NCBI GenBank assembly: GCA_016780945.1
Contig: JADHKY010000001.1
Span: 1-35,266 of the forward strand
Direction of reading: 5' to 3'
Source of the DNA: Aquiluna sp.
Lineage (GTDB): Bacteria > Actinomycetota > Actinomycetes > Actinomycetales > Microbacteriaceae
Length of the DNA: 35,266 nucleotides
Shown piece after piece: positions 1-8,912 of the stretch. The notes beneath the pieces were generated by a model that was not told the DNA's origin, searched no databases, and was given only the letters and a program-made list of their open reading frames with translations. The translations under genes and the position numbers were made by a program. How positions within the stretch are numbered: the stretch's first letter is position 1; each line of letters starts with the position of its first letter.

Positions 1-878
1 ACTGCAATGCCACCACCAATGGTTTTGCCGAGCACCAGCGCATCTGGCTTCAGGCCAAGTTGGGCTGTCATGCCGCCCGGTCCAGCAGAGAGAGTGTGGG
101 TCTCATCGAGGATCCAGATGATGTCGTATTTCCTGCATAGCTCCTGCATGCCCTCTAGATAGCCAGCATCTGGCAGCACGATGCCGATGTTTGTGAGAGC
201 AGGCTCCATCAGCATCGCGGCCACCTCGCCGCTCGCGAAGGCAGCCTCTGCCGCGGCCAGGTCATTGAACGGAATCGAAACAGTCGTGTGGTCTAGGGGG
301 ACAGGGGCACCGATGTTGTTCTTGCGTGATGTGGTGCTGCCGTCAGGCGCAAGGTTTGCAAATGTCTCGTCGACGGTGCCGTGGTAGCAATAGTCGTGGA
401 CCGCGATCTTTTGCCTGCCAGTGACGTGCCTAGCAAAGCGAATCAGGTGTCGATTCGCGTCTGTCGCGCTGAGCGTGAACTGCCACTTGGGCAAGCCAAA
501 CCTGCGCTCAAGTTCCCTGGCGTTCTTTGCCGCTTGCTCGGTTGGGAGCATGAGAGTAATGCCCTTTTTGGCCTGCTCGCTAATGGCCAAGACTGTTGGC
601 TGAGGGGAGTGACCGGACATTGAACCGGTGTCGCCAAGGCAGAAGTCGGTGTATTCGTTGTCGTCAAGATCTATGAATCTTGCTCCAAAGGCGCTTTTCA
701 CATGGACAGGGAAGCCTCCTGGCCACTTCGCCATCCAAATCATTGGGACTCCGGCGAGCATGCTGTCCCTGCCGGAGCTGTGAGCTATCGAGCTTGCCTG
801 GTGTGTTTCTTGGAAGCGCTGCTGTTCTCGCTCGAAAAGCGCGGCCAAACGCTCACGGTGCGGATAAATAGAAATCAT
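1..878 (-). CDS. Class-III PLP-dependent aminotransferase (glutamate-1-semialdehyde aminomutase-like family), 3' end truncated by window edge
   Basis: Not in the ORF track. Manual translation from ATG 878: MISIYPHRERLAALF...YTDFCLGDTGSMSGH...FTLSATDANR...YHGTVDE...MEPALTNIG...ILDETHT...DALVLGKTIGGGIA (PLP lysine motif). SD-like AAAGGTGA lies upstream. Confidence 0.88.
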   Translation of the reverse strand, partial: MISIYPHRERLAALFEREQQRFQETHQASSIAHSSGRDSMLAGVPMIWMAKWPGGFPVHVKSAFGARFIDLDDNEYTDFCLGDTGSMSGHSPQPTVLAISEQAKKGITLMLPTEQAAKNARELERRFGLPKWQFTLSATDANRHLIRFARHVTGRQKIAVHDYCYHGTVDETFANLAPDGSTTSRKNNIGAPVPLDHTTVSIPFNDLAAAEAAFASGEVAAMLMEPALTNIGIVLPDAGYLEGMQELCRKYDIIWILDETHTLSAGPGGMTAQLGLKPDALVLGKTIGGGIA

Positions 879-925
879 TAATCACCTTTGATTCTCTTTT
901 GGGTTTCCCCTGGATTTTTTTACAG

Positions 926-2251
926 CTAGAGCTTGGCCAGTCCCGCCGCAAGAACGTCAAGTGCGTCGTGCAGTAGCTCGTCACTGATTGCAAGTGGAGG
1001 AAGGAATCTCAGAACGTTGTTGTAGGTACCGGCATTGAGCACCAACACTCCGTTTTGGTGGCAGTGCTTCATCACAGCATCGGTGGCCTCAGGGTTTGGG
1101 TCCATGGTTCCGGGCCTGACAAGTTCAATCGCCTGCATTGCGCCCTTGCCACGAACATCTCCAATTACCGGGTAGTTGTTCTGCATTGCAGTGAGCCTGC
1201 CTGAGAGAATCTCACCAATTTGCTCGGCTCTTTCAAACCAGCCGCCCTCTTCGAACTGCTCCATGACCGCTACCGCAGCGGCTACGGCAGTGGGGGAGCC
1301 ACCGAAGGTGCCTCCGAGTCCGCCTGCGTGGGCGGCATCCATGATCTCGGCCCTGCCGACAACTCCTGAGAGCGGCATTCCACCGGCTATTCCCTTGGCG
1401 ACCGTAATGAGATCGGGCTCAAAGCCTTCTTCCCACTCGCTGGCAAACCACTTTCCGGTCCTTGCCATACCGCTCTGAACCTCGTCAGCAACCAGCACGA
1501 TGCCGTTGGCCCTGGTCCACTCCTGAAGCGTGAGCAGGAATCCCGGGGCTGGGACAATGAAACCACCCTCGCCCTGGATGGGTTCGATAAAGAGTGCCGC
1601 AAGTTGTGATGCACCAACCCGCTTTTCTAGGTAGGTGATTGCCCTGGTTGCCGCCTCGGGTCCGGTCATCTCAGCCGGGTCCCGGAATGGGTAACTCATA
1701 GGGGCGTGGTGGACACTTCCAGCAAGGGGTCCAAAACCGGTTCCATAGGGATGAGCCTTGAAGTTCATGGCCATCGTGAGATTCGTGCGACCGTGGTAGG
1801 AGTGGTCAAAGACCGCGATCTCGGTGCGACCGGTCGCCTTTCTTGCAATCTTTACCGCGTTTTCAACAGCCTCTGCACCCGAGTTGAAAAATGCAGCCTT
1901 TTTCTTTTTTCCGCACGGTGCGTGGCTGGTAAGTAGCTCAGCTGCTTTTACATAGGGCTCATAGGGAGCGACGGTGAAAAGGGTGTGGGTTAGTTTGGCG
2001 ACCTGCTCAGAAACAGCGGCCACGAGCTTCTCGTTGGTGTGACCAATGGTGACAACGCCAATGCCAGAGCCCATGTCAATCAGGTGATTGCCATCAACGT
2101 CTTTCAAGATGGCGCCGTGGGCCTCTTCGATGAAGGTGGGCAACATCGTTCCGACTCCCGCGGAGACGACCTCGCTTCGACGCTTCTGTAACGCGACGGA
2201 ATTGGGCCCTGGAATGGCGGTGACGACGTGGCGCTTCTGCTCGAGAGTCAT
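926..2251 (-). CDS. gabT: 4-aminobutyrate--2-oxoglutarate transaminase
   Basis: 441 aa with FNSGAEAVENAVKIAR, SYHGRT, IEPIQGEGG, DEVQSG, TVAKGIAGG and GGTFGG motifs typical of GabT. Confidence 0.9.
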   Translation of the reverse strand: MTLEQKRHVVTAIPGPNSVALQKRRSEVVSAGVGTMLPTFIEEAHGAILKDVDGNHLIDMGSGIGVVTIGHTNEKLVAAVSEQVAKLTHTLFTVAPYEPYVKAAELLTSHAPCGKKKKAAFFNSGAEAVENAVKIARKATGRTEIAVFDHSYHGRTNLTMAMNFKAHPYGTGFGPLAGSVHHAPMSYPFRDPAEMTGPEAATRAITYLEKRVGASQLAALFIEPIQGEGGFIVPAPGFLLTLQEWTRANGIVLVADEVQSGMARTGKWFASEWEEGFEPDLITVAKGIAGGMPLSGVVGRAEIMDAAHAGGLGGTFGGSPTAVAAAVAVMEQFEEGGWFERAEQIGEILSGRLTAMQNNYPVIGDVRGKGAMQAIELVRPGTMDPNPEATDAVMKHCHQNGVLVLNAGTYNNVLRFLPPLAISDELLHDALDVLAAGLAKL

Positions 2252-2257
2252 GTCAGA

Positions 2258-2263
2258 AGTCTA
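2258..2263 (-). promoter_or_regulatory. -10 hexamer TAGACT, predicted leaderless promoter of gabT
   Basis: TANNNT exactly 6 nt before the ATG at 2251; no SD. Confidence 0.6.
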
Positions 2264-2314
2264 GATTCTCAAAGCTGTTTTCTGGCTCAAGATCCAGAAC
2301 TTCAAAGCGGGTTC

Positions 2315-2320
2315 TAAGCT
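2315..2320 (+). promoter_or_regulatory. -10 hexamer TAAGCT, predicted leaderless promoter of dxr
   Basis: TANNNT 6 nt before ATG 2327; no SD. Confidence 0.6.
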
Positions 2321-2326
2321 TTCCCT

Positions 2327-3421
2327 ATGCGCTCGGTGATAGTTCTTGGTTCTACCGGTTCGGTCGGCTCTCAGGCACTTGACCTGATTAGGCAGTTCCC
2401 CGACCGGTTCAAGATTGTCGGACTCTCGGCAAACACCTCCACAGAGCTTCTAGAGCAGCAACGCATTGAGTTTGGTTTGACTGGCGACGAGGTTGCACTC
2501 GGTGCCGATGAGGCAGCAAAGTTGGCCAGCGATATCGATGCCGATGTCTTGGTGCACGGCATCAGCGGTTCTGCCGGCCTGGCCGCTACCCTTGCGGCAC
2601 TTGAGAGCGGCAAAACCCTAGCGCTCGCCAACAAGGAGTCGCTCATCGTTGGCGGTGAGCTTGTCACCAACATTGCTAGCCCCGGCCAGATTGTTCCGGT
2701 TGACTCTGAACATTCGGCGCTCGCACAGTGCCTAAGGTCCGGTGACGAGGCTGAGGTTGAAAAGCTAATCCTGACCGCTAGTGGAGGGCCCTTCAGGGGC
2801 TTCAGTGCCGAGCAGCTAAGGTCAGTGACCATTGAGCAGGCACTCAAGCACCCAACCTGGTCGATGGGCCGAATCATCACCATCAACTCGGCATCTATGG
2901 TGAACAAGGGCCTTGAGATGATCGAGGCTCAGCTGCTCTTTGGTATTCCGATAGACAGAATTGCGATAACCGTTCACCCGCAGTCAGCTGTTCACTCGAT
3001 GGTGGAGTACTCTGACGGATCGGTTATCGCTCAGTGCTCAATTACCGACATGAAGCTTCCGCTGGCCCTTGCACTCGATTGGCCAAAGCGGCAACCAGGT
3101 GCTGTGGCGCCAATTGACTGGACGCAGAGTCACTCGTGGGAGTTCGAGCCAATCGACGAAGAGGTCTTCAAGGCCATTCCACTTGCTCGTGAGGTCGCAC
3201 TTCGAGGACTTACTTTCCCCGCTGTCTATAACGCTGCCAATGAGCAGGCCGTCGAGGCGTTCTTGGCAGGGCAAATTGGCTTTGTCGAGATCGTCAGCAT
3301 CATCGACCAAGTAATAGAGCAGCACAACCCCCCTGCAAGCCTCACTCTTGAGGGCGTATTGGAATCTGAGGCTTGGGCTCGCCTCACAGCAGACTCTCTA
3401 ATTGCCCAGCGGATCAGCTAG
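2327..3421 (+). CDS. dxr: 1-deoxy-D-xylulose-5-phosphate reductoisomerase
   Basis: LGSTGSVG, LANKESL, PVDSEH, LTASGGPF, HPTWSMG, NKGLE and NAANE motifs. Confidence 0.97.
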   Translation: MRSVIVLGSTGSVGSQALDLIRQFPDRFKIVGLSANTSTELLEQQRIEFGLTGDEVALGADEAAKLASDIDADVLVHGISGSAGLAATLAALESGKTLALANKESLIVGGELVTNIASPGQIVPVDSEHSALAQCLRSGDEAEVEKLILTASGGPFRGFSAEQLRSVTIEQALKHPTWSMGRIITINSASMVNKGLEMIEAQLLFGIPIDRIAITVHPQSAVHSMVEYSDGSVIAQCSITDMKLPLALALDWPKRQPGAVAPIDWTQSHSWEFEPIDEEVFKAIPLAREVALRGLTFPAVYNAANEQAVEAFLAGQIGFVEIVSIIDQVIEQHNPPASLTLEGVLESEAWARLTADSLIAQRIS

Positions 3422-3434
3422 TAACCTTGACTAC

Positions 3435-4736
3435 GTGCTCGACATAGCCCTTTACGCAATCGGCATTTTGGTGGTGATTGTCGGAATTGCCCTCTCGATT
3501 GGCCTCCACGAGCTCGGCCACTACGCTCCAGCAAAAGCCTTTGGGGTGAGGGTAAAACAGTTCATGATCGGGTTCGGCCCGACATTTTTCTCTCGCCGGC
3601 GCGGCGAGACTGAGTTTGGCTTCAAAGCATTCCCACTGGGCGGCTACATTCTCATGGCTGGCATGTATCCGCCGGAGAGTAAGCCCTACCGTGGCCCGTT
3701 TGCCGGCTGGATCAAGGAAGCTCGAAAGGAGATTGCAGCTCAGGAAGAACAGGGCGATTCGGGCAGGCAGTTTTACGAGCTGAGCACCTGGAAGAAAGTC
3801 ACCATCATGCTCGGTGGGCCCATGATGAACTTTTTCCTCGGACTGCTACTAATTGCAATTGCCCTGACTGGAATTGGCCCACTGCAAAACTCGCTGACCG
3901 TGGCCAAGGTTTATCAGTGCATTGAGGCTGCAAGCGATGGCAGCTGCCCGGCGGGAGCACCGATATCGCCCGCGGCTAAGGCGGGGATGGCCGACGGCGA
4001 CAGGGTCGTTTCTGTAAATGGCACAAGTGTTGTCAGCTGGGTCGAGGTCACTGAAATCATGACCACCCGAGGTCAGGGAGCATCGACTTTGGTTGTGGAC
4101 AGGGGCGGCCAGCAGGTAAGTCTCTCCATTACCCCGAGCTATTTCGAGAGGGCCGTCTACGACTCAAATGGCACGTTGAGTCTAGATAGTGAAGGTAACC
4201 CCGTGACCAGGCTCACCCCGATAATTGGTGTCAGCCTTGCTCCAACGAGTAATCCAATGCCGCTTAGTGATTCGCTCGGCTACGGGGTAGCGGCTACAGG
4301 AGCGATGTTTGCCTTCATCGTGGAACTTCCGCAGCAGGTCTACCAAGTATTTGTCTCAACCTTTGGCCTTGCAGAGCGAGACCCCTATGGGGCGGTATCC
4401 ATCGTTGGTGTTGGTCAGCTGGCTGGGGAGCTCACCGCGGCAGAGATTCCTTTGGAGGCCAAGCTCTCTTCGCTGCTGCTTCTCTTGGGTTCATTGAATA
4501 TTGCACTGTTTGCTTTCAATCTGATTCCGCTTTTGCCTCTAGATGGTGGGCACGTCGCAGGGGCTCTCTATGAGGGCGCAAAGCGCAGGGTTTCGCGGCT
4601 TGTTGCCAGAAAAGATCCCGGTCCCGTTGACACCGCAAAGGCCCTGCCTGTGGCGTATGGAATGTGGGTGCTACTAATCTTCACTGGGGTCGTTTTGATT
4701 CTGGCTGACCTGATTAACCCAATCTCACTGGGCTAG
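3435..4736 (+). CDS. rseP: M50 family intramembrane zinc metalloprotease (RseP/Rip1-like) with PDZ domain
   Basis: HELGH, PLGGY and NLIPLLPLDGGH motifs; sits between dxr and ispG. Start moved to GTG 3435, which avoids overlap with dxr and has TAACCT (3422-3427) 7 nt upstream. Confidence 0.9.
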   Translation: MLDIALYAIGILVVIVGIALSIGLHELGHYAPAKAFGVRVKQFMIGFGPTFFSRRRGETEFGFKAFPLGGYILMAGMYPPESKPYRGPFAGWIKEARKEIAAQEEQGDSGRQFYELSTWKKVTIMLGGPMMNFFLGLLLIAIALTGIGPLQNSLTVAKVYQCIEAASDGSCPAGAPISPAAKAGMADGDRVVSVNGTSVVSWVEVTEIMTTRGQGASTLVVDRGGQQVSLSITPSYFERAVYDSNGTLSLDSEGNPVTRLTPIIGVSLAPTSNPMPLSDSLGYGVAATGAMFAFIVELPQQVYQVFVSTFGLAERDPYGAVSIVGVGQLAGELTAAEIPLEAKLSSLLLLLGSLNIALFAFNLIPLLPLDGGHVAGALYEGAKRRVSRLVARKDPGPVDTAKALPVAYGMWVLLIFTGVVLILADLINPISLG

Positions 4737-4793
4737 GAAGCTAAATTAGCTCTTGGCTGTTGTATTGCTAGAGAAAAAAGTAAAGGGGCGTAA

Positions 4794-5948
4794 GTGCCGG
4801 CTGTAAATCTCGGACTTCCCAAGTCACCACCTCCAACACTGGCTCCCAGGCGCAAGACCCGGCAGATCATGGTTGGCAAGGTAGCTGTCGGCGGCGACGC
4901 ACCCATTTCGGTGCAGTCGATGACCACCACCCCCACCACAGACATCAATGCCACCTTGCAGCAGATCGCGGAACTGACGGCATCCGGCTGCGACATCGTT
5001 CGTGTTGCCGTGCCATCCCAGGACGATGCAGACGTTCTTCGCATCATCGCAAAGCGCAGCCAGATTCCGGTGATTGCCGACATCCACTTCCAGCCTCGCT
5101 ATGTCTTCCAGGCAATTGATGCCGGGTGTGGTGCGGTCAGGGTGAACCCGGGAAACATCAGAAAGTTCGATGACCAGGTTGGCGAGATTGCCAAGGCCGC
5201 CAAGGACGCAGGAGTCTCCATCCGCATTGGCGTAAACGCAGGTTCTTTGGACCCAAGGCTCTTGGAGAAATACGGCAAGCCAACGGCGGAGGCACTTGTT
5301 GAGTCTGCTGTCTGGGAAGCCTCTTTGTTTGAAGAGCACGACTTTCACGACTTCAAGATTTCGGTCAAGCACAACGATCCGGTTGTGATGGTCAGCGCCT
5401 ATCAGCAGCTTTCTGAGCGTGGCGACTGGCCACTGCACCTGGGTGTTACCGAAGCCGGCCCTGCATTCCAGGGAACCATCAAGTCCGCAGTTGCCTTTGG
5501 TGCGCTATTGAGCCAGGGCATTGGCGACACCATCAGGGTTTCGCTCTCGGCTCCGCCGGTTGAGGAGATCAAGGTCGGATCGCAGATCCTGGAGAGCCTG
5601 AACCTCAGACCTAGAAAGCTCGAAATCGTTTCTTGCCCAAGCTGCGGAAGGGCACAGGTCGATGTCTACACCCTCGCAGACGACGTGACCGAGGGTCTCA
5701 AGCACCTAACTGTTCCGATTCGCGTTGCTGTGATGGGCTGTGTTGTAAATGGTCCGGGTGAGGCAAGAGAGGCTGATCTTGGCGTTGCCTCGGGTAACGG
5801 CAAGGGCCAGATTTTTGTCAAGGGTGAGGTCATTAAGACCGTTCCTGAGAGCGAAATTGTTCAGACGCTGATCGAAGAGGCCAACCGCATTGCCGCAGAA
5901 ATGGATCCAAGTGAGCTTGGAACCGCACAGGTATCCGTCGGCGAGTAG
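4794..5948 (+). CDS. ispG: (E)-4-hydroxy-3-methylbut-2-enyl-diphosphate synthase
   Basis: [35 protein letters not shown] and [11 protein letters not shown] motifs. Confidence 0.98.
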   Translation: MPAVNLGLPKSPPPTLAPRRKTRQIMVGKVAVGGDAPISVQSMTTTPTTDINATLQQIAELTASGCDIVRVAVPSQDDADVLRIIAKRSQIPVIADIHFQPRYVFQAIDAGCGAVRVNPGNIRKFDDQVGEIAKAAKDAGVSIRIGVNAGSLDPRLLEKYGKPTAEALVESAVWEASLFEEHDFHDFKISVKHNDPVVMVSAYQQLSERGDWPLHLGVTEAGPAFQGTIKSAVAFGALLSQGIGDTIRVSLSAPPVEEIKVGSQILESLNLRPRKLEIVSCPSCGRAQVDVYTLADDVTEGLKHLTVPIRVAVMGCVVNGPGEAREADLGVASGNGKGQIFVKGEVIKTVPESEIVQTLIEEANRIAAEMDPSELGTAQVSVGE

Positions 5949-5962
5949 CTAACATTGTGCGC

Positions 5963-7732
5963 ATGCCTTATCGCCTGAGCACACTTTTTCTAAGAACCCT
6001 CCGCGAGGACCCCGCCGATGCCGAGGTCGATAGCCACAAGCTCCTAGTTCGAGCTGGCTACATCCGCAGAGCAGGACCAGGAATCTGGTCTTGGCTGCCG
6101 CTTGGGCTAATGGTCAAGAACAAGATCGAGAAAATCGTCCGCGAGGAAATGGCAGCAGCTGGCAGCCAGGAGGTTCACTTCCCTGGGCTACTACCCAAGG
6201 AGCCCTATGAGGCCACCGGTCGCTGGGAGGAATACGGCGACAACATTTTTAGGCTCAAAGACCGCAAGGACGCGGACTACCTGCTCGCTCCAACGCACGA
6301 GGAGGTCTTCACGCTTTTGGTGAAGGACCTCTACACCTCCTACAAAGACCTGCCACTGAGCATCTATCAGATTCAGCTCAAGTATCGCGATGAGGCAAGA
6401 CCGAGAGCGGGACTCTTGCGCGGTCGAGAGTTCATCATGAAGGACGCCTACAGCTTCGACATCTCCGACGAGGGCCTCGAGGTCAGCTATCAGGCGCAGC
6501 GCGATGCTTATGAGCGCATCTTCAAAAGGCTCGGGCTCGACTACGTGATAGTCAAGGCTGATGCGGGTGCAATGGGAGGCTCGAAGTCAGAAGAGTTTTT
6601 GTGCCCAGCTCCAATCGGTGAGGACACCTTTGTCCGCTCCTCGGGAGGCTTTGCCGCAAACGTCGAGGCGATTCGATTTGAAGTGGCTGAGGAAGTAGAT
6701 GCTTCAAAGACTCCTGCGGCGGAGATCCATGAGTCTCCAAAGACTCCGACCATCGCCACCCTGGTCGACTTTTCGAACCAAAATCACCCTAGACAGGGCG
6801 GTGAGTGGACGGCTGCGGACACCCTCAAGAATGTTGTCCTAGCTTTGGTCTCTCCCGAGGGTAAGCGCTCGCTTGCGATTGTGGGCATCCCCGGAGACCG
6901 GGAAGTTGACCAAAAGCGCGCTGAGGCATGGTTCTCACCCAATGATGTCGAGCAGGCCACCGAAGAGGACTTCTCCAAGCATCCGCAACTGGTGAAGGGT
7001 TATATCGGTCCAACCAAGAGCGGTTCGCAATTTTTGGGGGAGAAGGCAGCAAGCAAGATTCCTTATTTTGTGGACCCCCGTGTTGCCAAGGGATCGAGCT
7101 GGATCACTGGCGCAAATGAGGATGAGAAGCACGTTTGGCATCTCACCTACGGCAGGGACTTCTCATCCGATGGCATTGCAGACATTGCCGAGGTAGTTGC
7201 CGGCGACCCAGCACCCGATGGCTCAGGCCCGCTTGAGCTCGCCAGGGGAATCGAAATCGGACACGTCTTCCAGCTTGGGCGCAAGTATGCCGAGGCGCTT
7301 GACCTCAGGGTCTTAGACGAAAACGGCAAGCTCGTCACCGTGACCATGGGAAGCTACGGCATTGGCGTCACAAGGCTGGTTGCGGTGATTGCTGAGCAGT
7401 CCCACGACGAAAAGGGCTTGATCTGGCCAGAGGCCGTCGCCCCGGCACAAATTCACATCATCGCGGCAGGCAAAGAGGAGAGCGTCTTTGAGGCCGCTGA
7501 GGCTCTTGCCGGGGAGGCCGAAGAGATGGGCTTTGATGTGATGCTTGATGATCGCAAGGCTTCTCCCGGGGTTAAGTTTGCCGATGCCGAGCTATTGGGC
7601 ATGCCCTGGGTAATTGTTTGCGGCAGGGGTCTCGAGGCTGGAGAAGTCGAGCTTTGGGACAGAGCGTCAGGCGAGCGCTTGACTGTAAAGCTAGAATCTG
7701 CATTAGCGGAGATAACCTCGCGCAGGAAATAG
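5963..7732 (+). CDS. proS: Proline--tRNA ligase (bacterial type with editing insertion)
   Basis: [35 protein letters not shown] and MGSYGIG motifs. ATG 5963 preferred, with TAACAT (5950-5955) 7 nt upstream. Confidence 0.97.
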   Translation: MPYRLSTLFLRTLREDPADAEVDSHKLLVRAGYIRRAGPGIWSWLPLGLMVKNKIEKIVREEMAAAGSQEVHFPGLLPKEPYEATGRWEEYGDNIFRLKDRKDADYLLAPTHEEVFTLLVKDLYTSYKDLPLSIYQIQLKYRDEARPRAGLLRGREFIMKDAYSFDISDEGLEVSYQAQRDAYERIFKRLGLDYVIVKADAGAMGGSKSEEFLCPAPIGEDTFVRSSGGFAANVEAIRFEVAEEVDASKTPAAEIHESPKTPTIATLVDFSNQNHPRQGGEWTAADTLKNVVLALVSPEGKRSLAIVGIPGDREVDQKRAEAWFSPNDVEQATEEDFSKHPQLVKGYIGPTKSGSQFLGEKAASKIPYFVDPRVAKGSSWITGANEDEKHVWHLTYGRDFSSDGIADIAEVVAGDPAPDGSGPLELARGIEIGHVFQLGRKYAEALDLRVLDENGKLVTVTMGSYGIGVTRLVAVIAEQSHDEKGLIWPEAVAPAQIHIIAAGKEESVFEAAEALAGEAEEMGFDVMLDDRKASPGVKFADAELLGMPWVIVCGRGLEAGEVELWDRASGERLTVKLESALAEITSRRK

Positions 7733-7748
7733 AACAGGTGCAGGCCAT

Positions 7749-8729
7749 ATGGATATCGATCTCAGTGTCCTCCGCCTGCTAGAGCGCGAAAAAGAAATCC
7801 CCTTCGACGAACTTGTCCAAATAATCGAGGCTGCCATTCTTGCCGCCTACTACAAGCACATCGGCGAGCACCCCAAGGGTTGCCGCGCAAACCTAGACCG
7901 CAAGACTGGTCACGTAGCTGTCTTCTCGGCGGTCTTGGATGAAGAGGGCGAGCCGACCGAGACCGAAAACGAGGTGACACCCGAGGGCTTCGGCCGAGTT
8001 GCCGCCTATGCCGCAAAGCAGGTAATCGCTCAGCGCATGAGAGAGATTGCCGATGAGGGCCTACTGGGAGAATTTAAAGGCAAAGAGGGCGACATAGTTG
8101 CCGGTCAGATTCAGCAAGGCTCTCGGCCCTACATGGTTTATGTGAACCTGGGCTCAATCGAGGCAATCATGCCTCCTGAGGAGCAGGTGCCAGGCGAGGA
8201 CTACTCCCACGGCCGCAGAATTCGCGTCTACGTCACCAGCGTCCAAAAGGGCCTGAGGGGTCCAATGATCACGGTTTCCAGAACCCACCCCAACCTGGTT
8301 CGTAAACTTTTCGCTCTCGAGGTTCCAGAGGTTGCATCGGGTCAGGTGGAGATCACCTCAATCGCCAGGGAAGCTGGTCACCGCACCAAGATTTCAGTTC
8401 GCTCAAACGAGCCGGGCATCAACGCCAAGGGCGCCTGCATTGGCGAACTTGGTCAGCGGGTCAGAGCGGTCAGCAGCGAGCTAAATGAGGAAAAGATTGA
8501 CGTAGTGGACCACTCCGAGAACCTCGCGGAGTTCGTTGCCCACGCTCTATCACCGGCCAAAGTGTCTTCCAGCTTCGTTATTGATGCTGGACTGAAGGCT
8601 GTGAGGGTTTTGGTCCCAGATTTCCAGCTCTCACTAGCTATTGGTAAGGAAGGTCAAAACGCCCGTCTCGCTGCGAAGCTAACCGGTGCCAAGATTGACA
8701 TCCAGCCCGATAGCACCATGGATGAATAG
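7749..8729 (+). CDS. nusA: Transcription termination/antitermination factor NusA
   Basis: FGRVAAYAAKQVI, S1 and KH domains (AREAGHRTK, SLAIGKEGQNARLAAKLTG). Confidence 0.97.
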   Translation: MDIDLSVLRLLEREKEIPFDELVQIIEAAILAAYYKHIGEHPKGCRANLDRKTGHVAVFSAVLDEEGEPTETENEVTPEGFGRVAAYAAKQVIAQRMREIADEGLLGEFKGKEGDIVAGQIQQGSRPYMVYVNLGSIEAIMPPEEQVPGEDYSHGRRIRVYVTSVQKGLRGPMITVSRTHPNLVRKLFALEVPEVASGQVEITSIAREAGHRTKISVRSNEPGINAKGACIGELGQRVRAVSSELNEEKIDVVDHSENLAEFVAHALSPAKVSSSFVIDAGLKAVRVLVPDFQLSLAIGKEGQNARLAAKLTGAKIDIQPDSTMDE

Positions 8730-8749
8730 CCAGTAGCGCTATTTCCCAA

Positions 8750-8755
8750 TAGAAT
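8750..8755 (+). promoter_or_regulatory. -10 hexamer TAGAAT, likely internal promoter for the infB leader
   Basis: Near-consensus -10, followed by hairpin CTTCGCAGC/GTTGCGAAG (8771-8791). Confidence 0.5.
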
Positions 8756-8821
8756 GGGCGAAGTCCAAAGCTTCGCAGCGTTGTTGCGAAGACTTTCTAT
8801 AGACATAGAAGCAGGCAGAAG

Positions 8822-8870
8822 ATGTGTGACACCAAATGAGCTTTCAGAAATGAGACCCGCTCAGCAATAA
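8822..8870 (+). promoter_or_regulatory. Three chained upstream mini-ORFs (MCDTK*, MSFQK*, MRPAQQ*) in the infB leader
   Basis: 8822-8839, 8836-8853 and 8850-8870, joined by ATGA overlaps. Their presence is read directly; translation is not demonstrated. Confidence 0.5.
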
Positions 8871-8905
8871 GGCCTGCCCTGTTTGGGGTTGGCCCCAGAC
8901 AGGAG
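8871..8905 (+). promoter_or_regulatory. Alternative hairpins overlapping the infB Shine-Dalgarno
   Basis: CCTGTTTGGGG (8878-8888) pairs with CCCCAGACAGG (8893-8903), covering AGG of the SD AGGAG (8901-8905). Competing pairing: GGCCTGCCC (8871-8879) with GGGTTGGCC (8886-8894). Confidence 0.6.
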
Positions 8906-8912
8906 AAATTCA

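Noticed and set aside
181-871. Short ORFs listed in the track over 181-871
   Set aside because: They are shadows of the minus-strand aminotransferase (878 to the window edge), which the track omitted because it has no stop inside the window.
879-925. T-rich stretch with a GGG-GAAA-CCC mini hairpin as a terminator
   Set aside because: The stem is only 3 bp, and on the coding (minus) strand it is followed by A rather than U residues.
4824-5438. 204-aa antisense ORF
   Set aside because: Lies wholly opposite ispG, has no recognisable motifs, and is expected from codon bias.
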